Assembly (NCBI RefSeq): GCF_035084215.1
Contig: NC_090342.1
Location: 16,926,001 to 16,990,000 of the forward strand
Origin: Heptranchias perlo
Lineage: Eukaryota
DNA: 64,000 nt
Reading direction: 5' to 3'
A program made the position numbers and the translations under genes. Position 1 is the first letter of the stretch, and each line of letters begins with the position of its first letter. The notes below the pieces were generated by a model. The model was not told the DNA's origin, did not search any database, and was given only the letters and a program-made list of their open reading frames with translations. Below, one piece after another: positions 9,636-22,420 of this stretch.

Positions 9636-12600
9636 TTTGTATGTCACTGAAACTCATTCAACATTAACTCAATCCTAAGTACTATTAAGCAAATAAATAA
9701 AAATAAACAAGGCTATTTTCTTCAATTAATCCATGTGTGCATCACACAAAAGGGCTGATTTGGTATTCCCAGTAGAGAGCGCTCACAAAGAAAGCATTAT
9801 GGATAATCGTGGGTGTATGGATGCTACAATTAATTAAGTGTTTACATACAATAAATTGCTTTTAAGTGAAGTGACTTTTGATCTGCAGGCAAACATTTTG
9901 CACAAAGGAAATTCCCATAAACTGCAGTAAGGTGAATGACCAGTTAATCTGTTTTTGGTGCTATTGATTGATGAAGAACCAGGACACTAAGACAACTATT
10001 TGCTTCTCTTCAAATAGCACTGTGGGATCCTTAATGACCTCGTGAACCATTGGATCAGACGGCCAAGACCTCAGTTCAAAACCTCATCTAAAGATTTGGT
10101 ATCTCCAACATTTCAGCATTCTATTTTTGTTGGATCTTTGCAGTTCTTCATCAAATCTATATCAATAACTGTAGACAGTCAAGTCTCTATATTTCTGTAC
10201 TGATATTATTTTGTTTAAAGTATTGCTTAATTGGTATTACAACAATATACTTTGAAATAGGGACACGATAGCTTAAATCATATATATATATTGCCTTTTT
10301 CTTTGGGATCCTTTTAAACTTCTCAGAACAAAATGACAAATATTAACAGGATCAAAATCTTTTCAGTACACAAAAAACTTTTTCAGCTTTCAAAATACTT
10401 TTTCTTCGTATAATATATCTTCAAAAATTATATTCCTTAAAGTTTGTAGTAGCAAATATAATAAAGTAAGAATTATAGAAATGCATATAAACTAACAATA
10501 TTATTTAATTTTATCGTCTATTGACAATGACCTTAAAATCTGTTTTATATGCCAAGGCTTCATGCATATTTATTTTTCTTGAAGTTATGGGGAGTATGGT
10601 ATAGGGTAGTTTATAGAGTTCTTTTTACCAAAATGGTAATCATAAAATACACAGATGTCTCCTCCATATAAGATTTTATGGTAACTGGTAAAAAGCTTGT
10701 TAGTCTTGTTTTATTTTCAATTTTGGTGCAACAATATTTCTTCAGTAGTCAAAAGGTTTAAACTTTTTAGTTTATTCTAAAACTCCTGTAAGTTTAAACA
10801 ATTTTGTGGGTTTTTTTACATATCATTTTAAAATTATTACAAAATTAGAAATTTATGGAAATTATCTTGCAAAAGGTATCACACAAAATTGAGGTGCATA
10901 TTTTGGAACATGGATACTGAATGGGTTAAACAAGATAGCTTATACTTGTTAAAAATTGGCTCAAAAAGTTTACTATGAGAAGTACTGAATTATCATCAGC
11001 ACTATTTGTTTCCCAAAATGAAGTAATTAATAAGCTTGTAAGATAGCAGAAGGTATATCATATTAAAAGTACTTATCCAAAGGCTGTGATTACATCATAA
11101 AAAACTTCATAGTATATTTATAGAGTATTTTGATTTCTTTTGAATGAAAAATTGTAAGGATGGTATAAATTACAGTACAGGATGGAAATACTTTATAGCA
11201 TATCCTGCATTTAGTCTCCACCTACTGTCCTTACATGACCTGGCATCCATCACTGCAGAGCGTTATATCTAGTCCATCATTACAAGAAAGCCAGAAAAAG
11301 ATGGCTCCTGGCACTAAACAACACATGCATAGGAACTCGAGAGACTTGCAGATAACTGACAAAATAATTCTGTCATTAATGATTGACATTTTAGGACTAT
11401 TCATTTCTAAATTTAGTTCTTGCAATTTTTATTTAACAATTCTCAAGTCATTTCTTATTGCTATAACCAGGCACAAAGAAAACAAACACATTTAAGCAGA
11501 GCGAGCAACAAATCCTCTCTCTCAAATATGCCCTTTCATTTCTATTATCATTGTAGTGACAGAATGGTTAAATTATCAATACAGCAGTTTTTAAGTATAG
11601 GTGCAGTTAGTTCTTCACATAACAGTGCCTGTATAATTTGCTAAAAATCAGATAGAGATCCCGTGAACTGATAGGCCCTAGGGTGCCATATGTACTGATG
11701 TGCAAATCAAATTGTTTACAAAAACAAAACATTCATGAGACAAAATATAGCAACATTGTGCTGAGAGAAAACTCCCGTAGTGCTGTAAAGTGAGACATTT
11801 TAATTTGCTTCTTTAAAGTTGCTGAAGGAACAAATACATTGAATGTGTATTTTAAAAAGCATGCTTACCTACTTCTACAACTGTTATACTCCCACTCCTT
11901 CAGGACGATATATGGAAGGTACATGGTGAGTATTGGGATTTTACTGAAAGATTGAGCCACCAAACAACATTGGTTGTATAATTCATGACCCTAAGTCACA
12001 CCGGTCTAATTTACTTACTCCCTGTAAACCACTGACTTCCATTGTACATAATGGGTATCACATATTAACTGACTGCATGACTTTAGTTGGATTACTTTTG
12101 TATTCTATGTTATCTAATTTTACAAGTTTAGTTGCATTATTTTTAAGATTCACATACACAATGGGGGAAATTGTCACTCTCACTGCTTGGGCAGTAAACT
12201 GATGGAGCGAATTACCTGCCCGTCATAGAACCTATCTAATTCCCATTTCCATTGATTTGAGAAATAGTTCACACAAATTAGCCATCAATATACAATATGC
12301 AATTTTTGTAGAAGCCTTCTTTCTTCTTATTTGTCTCCTGTCACCATTGCAGTTCCATTTGGGAAATAATCATAAGGAGTCAAATAAAACCAAGGGAAAA
12401 TCTCCATATACAGAAAGAAAATGCAGCCCTTGATATTGCAGTATCAAGTATCTGAAGCTTAGACAAATTAATTTTTTTTAGTTATTAACATGTATACTTA
12501 ATAACATGCTGGGAATTATAATTATGTTCACCAGCTACTTGCTTTATGTACGACTAAAAGAACTACAATTCCCAATGTGCATTACAGTCAACACTGCTGC

Positions 12601-13299
12601 TATTTCAAATAAAATCTGTAAGGTCAATGCTCAGATCTATTTTTTTCTTATAGATCTTAGTAATTCACTTTAATTAATTTCAGGTTTTTTGTTTTAATAA
12701 ATAATTGCTTCTGGAGTATTAGACATTTGTAGTATAAAGAGACCAAATATCAAAAAGATCACAAAAGTACACAAAAAGTAGACCATTAGATCCATCTAAT
12801 TCATCCTTCCTTAGAATACTGTGATTTCCCCCCCCCCACCCCCCTCAACACAGGGTCTAACTGGCATGGATTTTTTATGATGCTGGCTACCAGTTGTAGT
12901 GGCATTAATCAGGTGACCAGTATTGCAAAAATGAGCAGAAGTTCTGGCCCACTGCACTCTGTCCACTTTTTGCTGTGGCAAAGTCTCCAGACAATGGGGA
13001 TCAGTGAAGTGGGAAGCATCTGCCTTAAACAAGCACTTCATTTAAATATGACTGAAGGCTTATCTGTTCTGCACAATATTGTTCCATGTGGTCACCTCTA
13101 AAGGACACTCATTTGCAATGGGCATCGAGGATTGCTAGGGAATCAGCTGTGAGGTTAGCTGATTTAAAGGATACAGGTAAGTTACATTAATATTTCAGTC
13201 ACTTTTTTGACTGTTATTATAATTTTAGTTCTTTTTTAATGCTACTTAGGTTCCCATGAACCTTGGTGTTACTCATGATTATCTTCCCCTGTGCCTCCA

Positions 13300-13650
13300 T
13301 CCTTATCCACCTTTTTGGTGTGAAGAACTGTATACCTATTGTATAAGTTCAGACTCACAGAGTTTTCCTATACTCGTTCCTTCAGCTTCCTGTTCCTCCT
13401 GCAGGAAATCACCCTACTTCACTATTTCTCTCCATTTGCGGGGTAGCCACCTTCTGGAATGTATCTTCCAGAAATAATCCTTCCTGCATATGTTGTATTG
13501 TGTTGCCAGCTGGTCCTCGTGCTCAAAATTCCTCTGCTTGAACAACACAAAATTCTGACACTTCATGCATGTGTATTCCTTCTGCATAGAATATCCCACA
13601 TCATACATGCCAGTCTAGCTCCTGATGGTAACATTTTGATTATCCCAGAT
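13300..13650 (-). mobile_element. Possible decayed CR1 ORF1 N-terminal (zinc finger/zipper) remnant
   Basis: CMMW...EYTCMKCQNFVLFKQRNFEHEDQL resembles the CxxC plus heptad start of CR1 ORF1. Confidence 0.35.
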
Positions 13651-14730
13651 GCTGTGCTATTCCCGGCTACTAATTTAGAAGTGATCTGTTTTTTTACTGG
13701 GTCCCACTCCTTCTTAGGACCAACCTTTCTCTTACCTTCTCTCAGCTCAAACTAGCTCCATCACCTTCTTGCTCAAATGGCCTCTAGTATCTTGGGTGTC
13801 CTCTCACTTGCACACAATCTAATTTTATACTATTTTTTTTACAGTTGCTGTGTATGTCATGCTCCTGGTAGTCTCTCACTCCCATTTACTGGCATAATAT
13901 AATTTTAAATATCAAGGAGCTTTAAATTCCTGGGCCTGGGGAGGCACTTCTGAGATGGTAGCCAGGAAGGGCCTGGGGGCGGGGGAGCAGAATTTGGGAT
14001 ATGTCACTGCTGTAGATGAAGCAAAATTCCTATGGGAGGGGAGTCAGACTCTTAAGTCATCTACCCCCTACCCCAGTGCTGACATCAGAAGAAGAGGCAG
14101 AATTGGCAAGATGACATCAAACAGAAGAATAAAACCTTTAGAGATGTGCTTACTATGCACAAGAACAACACACGTATATTAATTAATCATACATAATGTA
14201 ATTAGTGGTTACGAAGGAGCAAGTTACAAGTCTCATCTAAGTAAGAGTTCAGAATGAAATTACCAACAGCTGAGCCAAGAGCCAGTAGTTTAAATGCTTT
14301 TAAATGTTAAGAGTTATTTTATGTAATTACTTTTAAATACTGGATCATATTATTTGAACACATTCAGAAGAGCTATTTAAGGCAGCAACTTAACAAAAAA
14401 TTAATTTTATACAAATAATTTCATTAAAATAAGTGAGTGTACTTATAGTCTTATAACAAATAATCATAGCAGTTTCCAATCCATGTTAGCCCTAAAATGT
14501 AGGTGCAAAAGATCTGCAGGGATGCATCCCAGGCATTGGGAGTCTCCATCCCTGATTCTCTGATCCCGCCCCTTTCTACGTCAGTAGCCTTGATTGGGGT
14601 GGGCAGAGACTCCGTCCTTTACAAGGGCCCATGGAATCCCCAAAAGACCGGGATCCTGCATATCCAGGTCCCGCTTAATTTGTGCCCTTTCCTGCCGGAA
14701 GTGCCGTTGATTATTGACACTATATTTTCA

Positions 14731-15030
14731 GTCACCTGTGATGGCTCAATAGGTAAATGCACCATGCAATGTGGTAGTTAGCTGTATCAACCAAGGTGAT
14801 TCCAAGTTTATTCCCTGGTCTCTTGAGTTAGCTGATCTCAGCAGAGATGGGGGGGAGTTGGGGGATAGAGAATTGACCTCAATATCTACAGCCTAGATTG
14901 GGGAAAAGATTAGCCAGAGTTTCCACTCCTAATTGCAATCCAGAAACTCCTACTGGAAAACTCATGTGTGTGGATATCAGACGGGACAGCATCAGTCTCC
15001 TCTGTAATGCCCTAGCCCATTAACAGCCCC
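14731..15030 (+). mobile_element. Old tRNA-derived SINE; related copies at about 20190-20500 (-) and 49185-49420 (+)
   Basis: A-box-like TGGCTCAATAGGT and a shared GAGTTAGCTGATCTCAGC block. Confidence 0.5.
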
Positions 15031-15060
15031 ACCCCACATCAAACTGCTTACAGGCACTCA

Positions 15061-15943
15061 GGGCTCAATTTTGAAATGGTGGCGGGTTGACAATGGTGGG
15101 GGGGTGGTGAAGGTGCACGTGGCAAACCCGAATAAAAAAAATTACCGTTTCCGACACGATCGCAATGTAATTGATGGTGATTAAAGTTCTTTCCGGGTTT
15201 CACGCTCGGCAGCCAGCCTGATACAGGAGATGTAACGCCGAGGGAGGGGGGACAGAAAGAGAGAGAGCGAGACGTCATCTGGCACTGGAACAGAAGATCG
15301 GGGGCGGGGGGGGAGAGTGGAAGATCGGGGGAAGATCGGGGGGGGAAGGAAAGATCGGGGGGAAGAGGGGAAGATTGGGGGGAGAGGGGAAGATCGGTGG
15401 AGCATGAGGGGGAGAGGGGAAGATCGGGGGGAGAGGGGACGATTGGGTGGAAGAGGGGACGATCGGGTGGACATCGGGGGTGGGGGAAGAGGGGGAGATT
15501 GGAGAGGGAGACATCGGACATCGGAGCAGGGTGGAAAGGTAGGTTGATTTTGTGTTTTAACTTTGTGCAATGGTTTGTTATTTAATTTATTTTGTTTCTT
15601 TTTTGCCTGATCCGGCCCTTCACGCCTGGTTTCACCAGGTATGAATCAGAAGCCGTGGGAAAGCCGCCCAGGTAAGTTAAAAATTGTTTGAACTACCTAA
15701 TATGTCACAAGTAAAGTGCCATAAGTACCTCAATGAGGTACATTTGGTTCTTTAACTATCATCCCGCCAGCTTTAATTGCCGGCGGGACTTCTGGATTCG
15801 GGACACCCGCGCAAACAGGTGGGCCTGTGGGAAACTCGGAAGTCGGCGGGTTGGAGCCGGCTTCTGAACCCGCTCTGCATTTCTGCAATTTTCGCAGCCC
15901 CCCACCCCCAACGCACCCACAATTTACGTTCAAAAATGAGCCC
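15061..15943. mobile_element. Harbinger-type MITE with a G-rich internal minisatellite
   Basis: TIRs GGGCTCAATTTTGAA and TTCAAAAATGAGCCC, with a 3-bp TSD TCA. Subterminal regions are shared with 28435-32759. Confidence 0.9.
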
Positions 15944-17578
15944 TCATTGTTTAGTTTAACTCATGAAGAATCGTATTTGGATGTAGAACTAGAGAGTTGG
16001 CATCGTCTTACCCCAGCAAAAGTCACTGCCTTGAGGAGAGGAAAGGAAGAATTAGAGAGGTGGGTGAAATATATCCTGAGGATTTATCGACCGATATAAA
16101 TTTTCTGCTAAATGCTTATCGGTATTTCCACACAGCAACAAATAAAAGTTTTATAATTGGTGAATTTTATCCTCATTGCGCTAATTTATTGTTATAAACA
16201 AAATGCCCAGGAACATCTCAGTAAGTTTGATTTCATCTTAACTGAGTTTATAGTGACATCAGCACTTCAAAGCCAAATTACAGGCAGATCAATCATTGTT
16301 TTTGTTTTTTATCAGAAAAGATCTATCACATTGCTTGCGTACACTGTAAACTTTTGCAGCGCCATACTGCTGTGATTTGACATTTTTGTAAAAAGTATCT
16401 CATCTCACTGAAATAATGTCACTACATCCTTTAAAACAGAACAATAAAACCTTTAGAGATGTGTTTACTATACACAAGGACAACACAAGTATATTAATAA
16501 ATCATACATAATGTAATTAATGGTTACCAAGGAGCAAGTTACAAGTCTGATCTAAATAATTGTTCCAGCTGAGCAAAGAGCCAGTAGTTCAAAAATGCTT
16601 TGTAATTTTAAGGGTTATTTTATCTAATATGTATATGCTGGCTCCATAAGTGCTGGGATATGTCTGTCGGGAACATTCACCGCTGACTCCCAAGGACTTT
16701 CAGGTTCAGGGGGAGGATTCCTAATTCTAATAATTTGGGTGGATGCCCATGTCACTGCGGGTGCAACTTGTCACCCGTCAGTTGGATAAGGCTGCAAAAT
16801 GTGGCAGAGGCAGTCCCCTCTTCAATAGTGGAGGGGGGGTGGTGGTGAAGGGGTCCCTCCCAGAAACGTATGGATTGTGGCTGAACAACCCCCTATTTAT
16901 AGGGGCAGAAAAAACTTGCAAATTGTGTAAATCATCAAGTGTCCAAGCCATGTTCTGGGACTGAACCCTCGGTGGGGGGGCAATTTCCATTGGCCCGTGA
17001 GCTGGCACATCTCTTCTCGCTGGGTGTCGCTGCCTGCCAGTGAATTCCCAGGTCAGGGCAGTGGGAACTGCTGGGCTGGGAGCCCCCTCCCTTGGTCAAT
17101 CCCTCTGAGGCAGATGGTCTTGTTTGAAGCGGATAGACACTCCATCTTGATTCTGTCTGGACCACTTTCTTGTGCACATCATTCTTTGCTACAGCATGTA
17201 TTCCTCCTTCACCAATATACATCGCCTCATCCTTTCTTACCTATTCTGTCTTCCTAAAAATATTATAACCTGATATGTTTATTTTCCACTCCTGCCCATG
17301 GATATTACATCAAATTCAAATTATTTAAAATAAGCAAGTAAATTGTTCACAGATTACTACTGCAATTATACCCACTGAGAAGTGGCAATAAGCTTGAGGA
17401 CTGTTAAGAGATTTTCACCGGAATCAGCACTGTGACATTTTAGTTTAATTACTTCAAGCTGTGGGTCTAAACATTTGATTTCCTGAAGTCTGTAGGGGTC
17501 TGTAAATCTGTAGCAGTAGAGAATAAGTATTTCATGTGCTGAAAAGTGCTGCAGGCGTGAATTTTCATAGAAATCCAG

Positions 17579-18172
17579 GGGTCGGTTTTAACTCGCGGGC
17601 GGGAACCCGGCCTAGCGAGTGGTTGCCCTGTCTGGGAGCAACAGTGGCAAAACCCAGCAGATTTTAATGGCCAGGTCTCATTTACATTCTGCAGGACGGA
17701 TTCCCGCCCGAACCCGGTGGGAATGACGAGGACACTGGTGAGTCGGAGTGGGACAAAGGTTCTCGGCGTAAGGTAAGTGGCTGGGGAGGGGGTGGGGGAT
17801 CCGGAGGGAGGTTGCAGTTGGGGAAGGTGGAGGGAAGCTTGGGGCAGGGGAGGCTGAAGGATTCCTTGCGGGGCCTGGAGGAGCAGGAGTGCTCCTCCGG
17901 ACCCACAAAGAGATTAAAACAAATTTCTAAAAAATCTACCTCGCTGGGCCTCTTCTTGCCATGGTTCCTGATCTCTCCAGGTTTGGCCTGGCGGGGAAGC
18001 CACAAGAGCTTCACTACACAGGCCTGGGGTTCTATTTAAACAAAGGTGGCAGGTTTCTTTGCTGCCTGCAATTTAAAATTGCAGTCTGCAGGATTGGGGC
18101 AGTAATCCCATTCCATTTTAATTGCTCCTCCCCACCCGGTTTCCACTGAATGGGGGGGAGTAAAACAGCACC
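17579..18172. mobile_element. Degenerate Harbinger-type MITE
   Basis: Ends are GGGTCGGTTTTAACTC and GAGTAAAACAGCACCC. It contains the GGAGGAGCAGGAGTGCTCC block also seen near 38210. Confidence 0.55.
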
Positions 18173-18838
18173 CCCCCATACCAATTATTAGATTATTTAA
18201 TCATGGAATTACTTCATAAATTTAACTTGTCATTGCATGAAAAAATTACTAAAATTATTTTACTTTATCTTTTCAGATCAAGACCTCTGGATTCTCGGTA
18301 AAGAGAAAAGCTGAACTTTAGGTCCTTCCCATTAAGGTATAGATCAACCATAATTCTTAGGACTGGTTACCACATCACCATTCTTCAGCTGGGACATGAA
18401 GGGAGATCATTTTGTCTCTGTGTTAGAACTACTGAATACATTCATTTCTCACACCTCCTAAAATTACTCCTAGCAAAAAACAACTGTAAGACATTGACCC
18501 TGCATTTCTGTTTTAATTTTAGGCTTCTAGCATTTGTACTTCTTTTTTCTCTTAAACATCTCCTACATATGATGGGATAACACTTTTCACTTCCAACTCA
18601 TACTTCCTGTTGAAACTTGCTTTGCAATTTCATCCTCGCAGTTTTGAAAAATTGCCGACTTGTTCCCTGAGTTGATGTTTACGTGTTTTTAAGCTGGTTG
18701 AAAGGATCAGCATGGAGTTCTCCCAGTCACAACAAAAAAGTGCTCAATGTGTGTGCACCGGGCATGGGAATTAACTAACCTTTGTAGGTTTGAGCTCATT
18801 AATTGCATGGATAGTAGCTTAACAATGGCTTGGCAGTA

Positions 18839-19627
18839 TTTTTTTTATTCGTTCATGGGATGTGGGCGTCGCTGGCGAGGCCAGCATTTATTGCCCATCC
18901 CTAATTGCCCTTGAGAAGGTGGTGGTGAGCCGCTTTCTTGAACCGCTGCAGTCCGTGTGGTGACGGTTCTCCCACAGTGCTGTTAGGAAGGGAGTTCCAG
19001 GATTTTGACCCAGCAACGATGAAGGAACGGCGATATATTTCCAAGTCAGGATGGTGTGTGACTTGGAGGGGAACATGCAGGTGGTGTTGTTCCCATGTGC
19101 CTGCTGCTCTTGTCCTTCTAGGTGGTAGAGGTCGCGGGTTTGGGAGGTGCTGTCGAAGAAGCCTTGGCGAGTTGCTGCAGTGCATCCTGTGGATGGTACA
19201 CACTGCAGCCACAGTGCGTCAGTGGTGAAGGGAGTGAATGTTTAGGGTGGTGGATGGGGTGCCAATCAAGCGGGCTGCTTTATCTTGGATGGTGTTGAGC
19301 TTCTTGAGTGTTGGAGCTGCACTCATCCAAGCAAGTGGAGAGTATTCCATCACACTCCTGACTTGTGCCTTGTAGATGGTGGAAAGGCTTTGGGGAGTCA
19401 GGAGGTGAGTCACTTGCTGCAGAATACCCAGCCTCTGACCTGCTCTCGTAGCCACAGTATTTATATGGCTGGTCCAGTTAAGTTTCTGGTCAATGGTGAC
19501 CCCCAGGATGTTGATGGTGGGGGATTCGGCGATGGTAATGCCGTTGAATGTCAAGGGGAGGTGGTTAGACTCTCTCTTGTTGGAGATGGTCATTGCCTGG
19601 CACTTGTCTGGTGCGAATGTTACTTGC
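18839..19627 (-). mobile_element. 5'-truncated LINE family A copy
   Basis: Near-identical to 1473-2265, including the 3' UTR and oligo(A). Confidence 0.95.
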
Positions 19628-21059
19628 TGGTGCAGGCTGATTGGTTTCTCAGGTGTGTGTTAGTTATGACGCAATATCCTCAGAAAGTACATTGAGTAAA
19701 ATTCACCTGCCAGTGCAGGAAAAAGGAGAGTCGAAATTAGCTGTCATTTAACAAATTCTCAGTGTGCTGAGGAAATTAACCCTCTATAAAACCTAGCTGT
19801 GAAACTATTTAACGTAACAAATATTAGCAAAACAATTAAATGATTTCTATTTCATTCGGGTTGAAATCCATCTCTGTACTATTTTTAGTGCACTGGTTGA
19901 TGCATTTGTGGCAAATTTCTATGCTTTATTTTGACAGTCATTAAATTATTTATAGTCAGCTTTGGTTCATCAGAGCTTTCTAATACTGTAGCTCCAAAGA
20001 ACATACTTATCTAGTTCAGAGTTAAAGCAATTTCACTATGCTGCAAAATCACGTTTTGACCGCTCCAAGATTAAAAATCTTAAATAAATCAGGGATAAAT
20101 TTCTGTCAGTCCTTTTTTCTCTTTTCTCACCAATTTTCCTCTCTCCTCTCTCCAATGTATTGACATGTTTCACTTATGATTTATTAAATGACAGGTGTTC
20201 TCCACCACGTTATTTATGTGCACCCGTTGATGGTGAGTGTTGGCAGACTATTTAACTATGTGGAGCATCACAGCCAAGTTGTTCCTGTCCTCACTAGATG
20301 TCATGCATATGCACCTCCAGTAGGGATTGCTGGATAGCAGTCAGGAATGGGAAGCCTGCCTTATTTTCCTCTTCCTAACTCAGTAGCACTGACACCAATT
20401 ACAGTGGCCCTACCATGGGTCTGGCTGTAGCTCAGACAAGACTGGGATTGAAACTCATTTCCTTGTCCATTTGGTTGCTATTGGATAAACTTGCTGAAAT
20501 GTTGGAGAACTCCAGTTTTGACCTTATTATTAGGCTTGCTGAGACACAGTATAGGGCTTAAAATGGATTTAACAATGCTAACAGGCTGGTAACACATCAA
20601 TTGTAAATGAAGTCATCTAGGTTTCTAATGTACTCTGTACATTTTCAATGCACTGATTATGCTAGTTTATTTGCAAAAATACAAATTTATTTCAAACGCA
20701 ATAAAATAGCACAGACAGGAAGTTAACCTGAAAGTATTAACCAGTGTGCTAAAAGAAGCGCGCAGAGTAAATTAGACTGAACAGTTACTCATGCGAAAGA
20801 CCAAAGGCAATTAAAGAACAGGAAAGATGGGCAGTTTCCAAGACTATTTTAGGTAAAGTGTAAAGGAGAATCGAAAATCTGTAACAGCTTCATAGATTGT
20901 AACTAATAATGACTAGGTCATTGCCAGCCTTGGGGTTCACCTTGGCTGGTAAAATAATGGGTGAAATATGATTTAGGAGTGTAATGTGCTCTATGCATTA
21001 AGCTGGTGTATGCATTATTTCTGTATTAGGAATAGCAACATTGTGTCAATGTTAACTTT

Positions 21060-21338
21060 TAAAATTTGTTTTTGAGATGTGGTTGATATTGGCAAGGCCA
21101 CATTTTTTGCCGATTTTAATTGCTTTGCCAACTAAGAGGCTTCTAGGCTATTTCAGAAGGCAGTAGCGTGGGCTAGAGTCACATGCAGACCAGACCAGAT
21201 AGGGGTGACAGGTTTCCTTCTCTGAAGAATATTAATGAACCAGTGGGTTTTTATGATAATCTGGCAACCTTCGTGGTCATTTTGTCTGAGGCCTGACATG
21301 ACCTCTGAGCTGCTAGTCTAGTACCATTACTACTGTAC
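21060..21338 (-). mobile_element. Diverged SINE made of the LINE A 5' UTR joined to the LINE A 3' UTR
   Basis: 21075-21127 matches 1494-1545. 21129-21282 matches 4461-4633. 21300-21336 matches the tRNA head. Confidence 0.75.
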
Positions 21339-21599
21339 AACATATCCCAATTGATGGGGTGTTAACCTTTTCTACATAACTTGTTTGTGAGAGTAAATAT
21401 TTCTAATGCATGCTAACATACAGAACTGGCATTAACACTTTTTTGGTTGTTAACTGGTTCTTAACTAGTAATTAATGTTCGGTGTATGGATTTACTCAAG
21501 ATTTATTTAATCACACACAGTATTAACTTCTGCTATTTAAAGCTGTTGCAACAACATCAGAGGGAGATTCAAGCTCCAATGGTGAACAGAGAAGGACAC

Positions 21600-22420
21600 A
21601 TTAGTTAATGGAGGAATCTTTTGGTGATCTCTGCAGTATAGATGCCACTTCAAATCTAATACTAGATACTTTGGAGGAGGAAGAGCAGCAAAAGCAGGAA
21701 ATCACAGCCCAGGAGAATTTGCTGCTGACGCATCGCTTATCTGGACCTCAGCAAAGAACAATGCAATAGGAGGCTGCTCCTTGAGGAATGTGACCTCAGA
21801 TTTGCATCTGCTCTTGGAACCAGACATGCAGCCATTGAGCAAAAGCTAGGCAGCTTCCCCAATGGGACTAAAAATGACCACTGCACTGAAATTTTGCACT
21901 ATTGGATGCTTCTGAGCACCAAAAAGAGTCGCAGTTCATTAATGCATTACTGGGGTAACAATTTTTCTCTTATACCACTTCTCCCTCACACTCAGATGGT
22001 GTGCAAACTTCGTTAAAAAATTATGCAACTCAGTGCTTGCATTCTGGGAAGTACTTATGCTGCACACATGTTAAGGGAATCAGGGTACCAGAACTGTTTC
22101 AGGGGAAGACAGAATACAAAGTTGGCTTCTGGAAGATACATATTACCAATCCAGACATGGCTGTTAACACTACTGAAGAATCTCACAAGAATGGGGCTAC
22201 AACAAAGTGCATTTGTATGGCTGAAATATAAAGGAACAGACTGCTGACTTCCTAAAATGTATCTGATGTTTGGATTGCTCTGGTGGTACCTTGCAGAATG
22301 AGCAAGTTGGCAGAATAATAGTATATTGCATGCTACACAATGTTGCACTGAACAAGAACTGCAGCAAGGTAGGCCCCAGGAAGAGGACAACGGTGGGAAC
22401 ATAAATCTCTGAAGCACATC
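21600..22420 (+). pseudogene. Highly decayed PIF/Harbinger transposase
   Basis: Fragments LLLEPDMQP...LKMTTALKF, HMLRESG, PIQTWLLT, CLDCSGGTLQ and CMLHNVAL parallel the transposase at 28990-30071. Confidence 0.7.

Larger units (their letters stand above)
14119..16628 (+). repeat. Dispersed direct repeat of about 200 bp (14119-14327 and 16434-16628)
   Basis: Both copies contain AATAAAACCTTTAGAGATGTG, AATCATACATAATGTAATTA, AAGGAGCAAGTTACAAGTCT and AAGAGCCAGTAGTT. Confidence 0.9.

Noticed and set aside
15290-15530. CRISPR-like array or proline-rich protein ORFs
   Set aside because: It is an irregular G-rich minisatellite inside a MITE, with no unique spacers and no cas genes, in a eukaryotic context.
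20560-20920. Possible conserved non-coding element
   Set aside because: It looks unique, but conservation cannot be judged without alignments.
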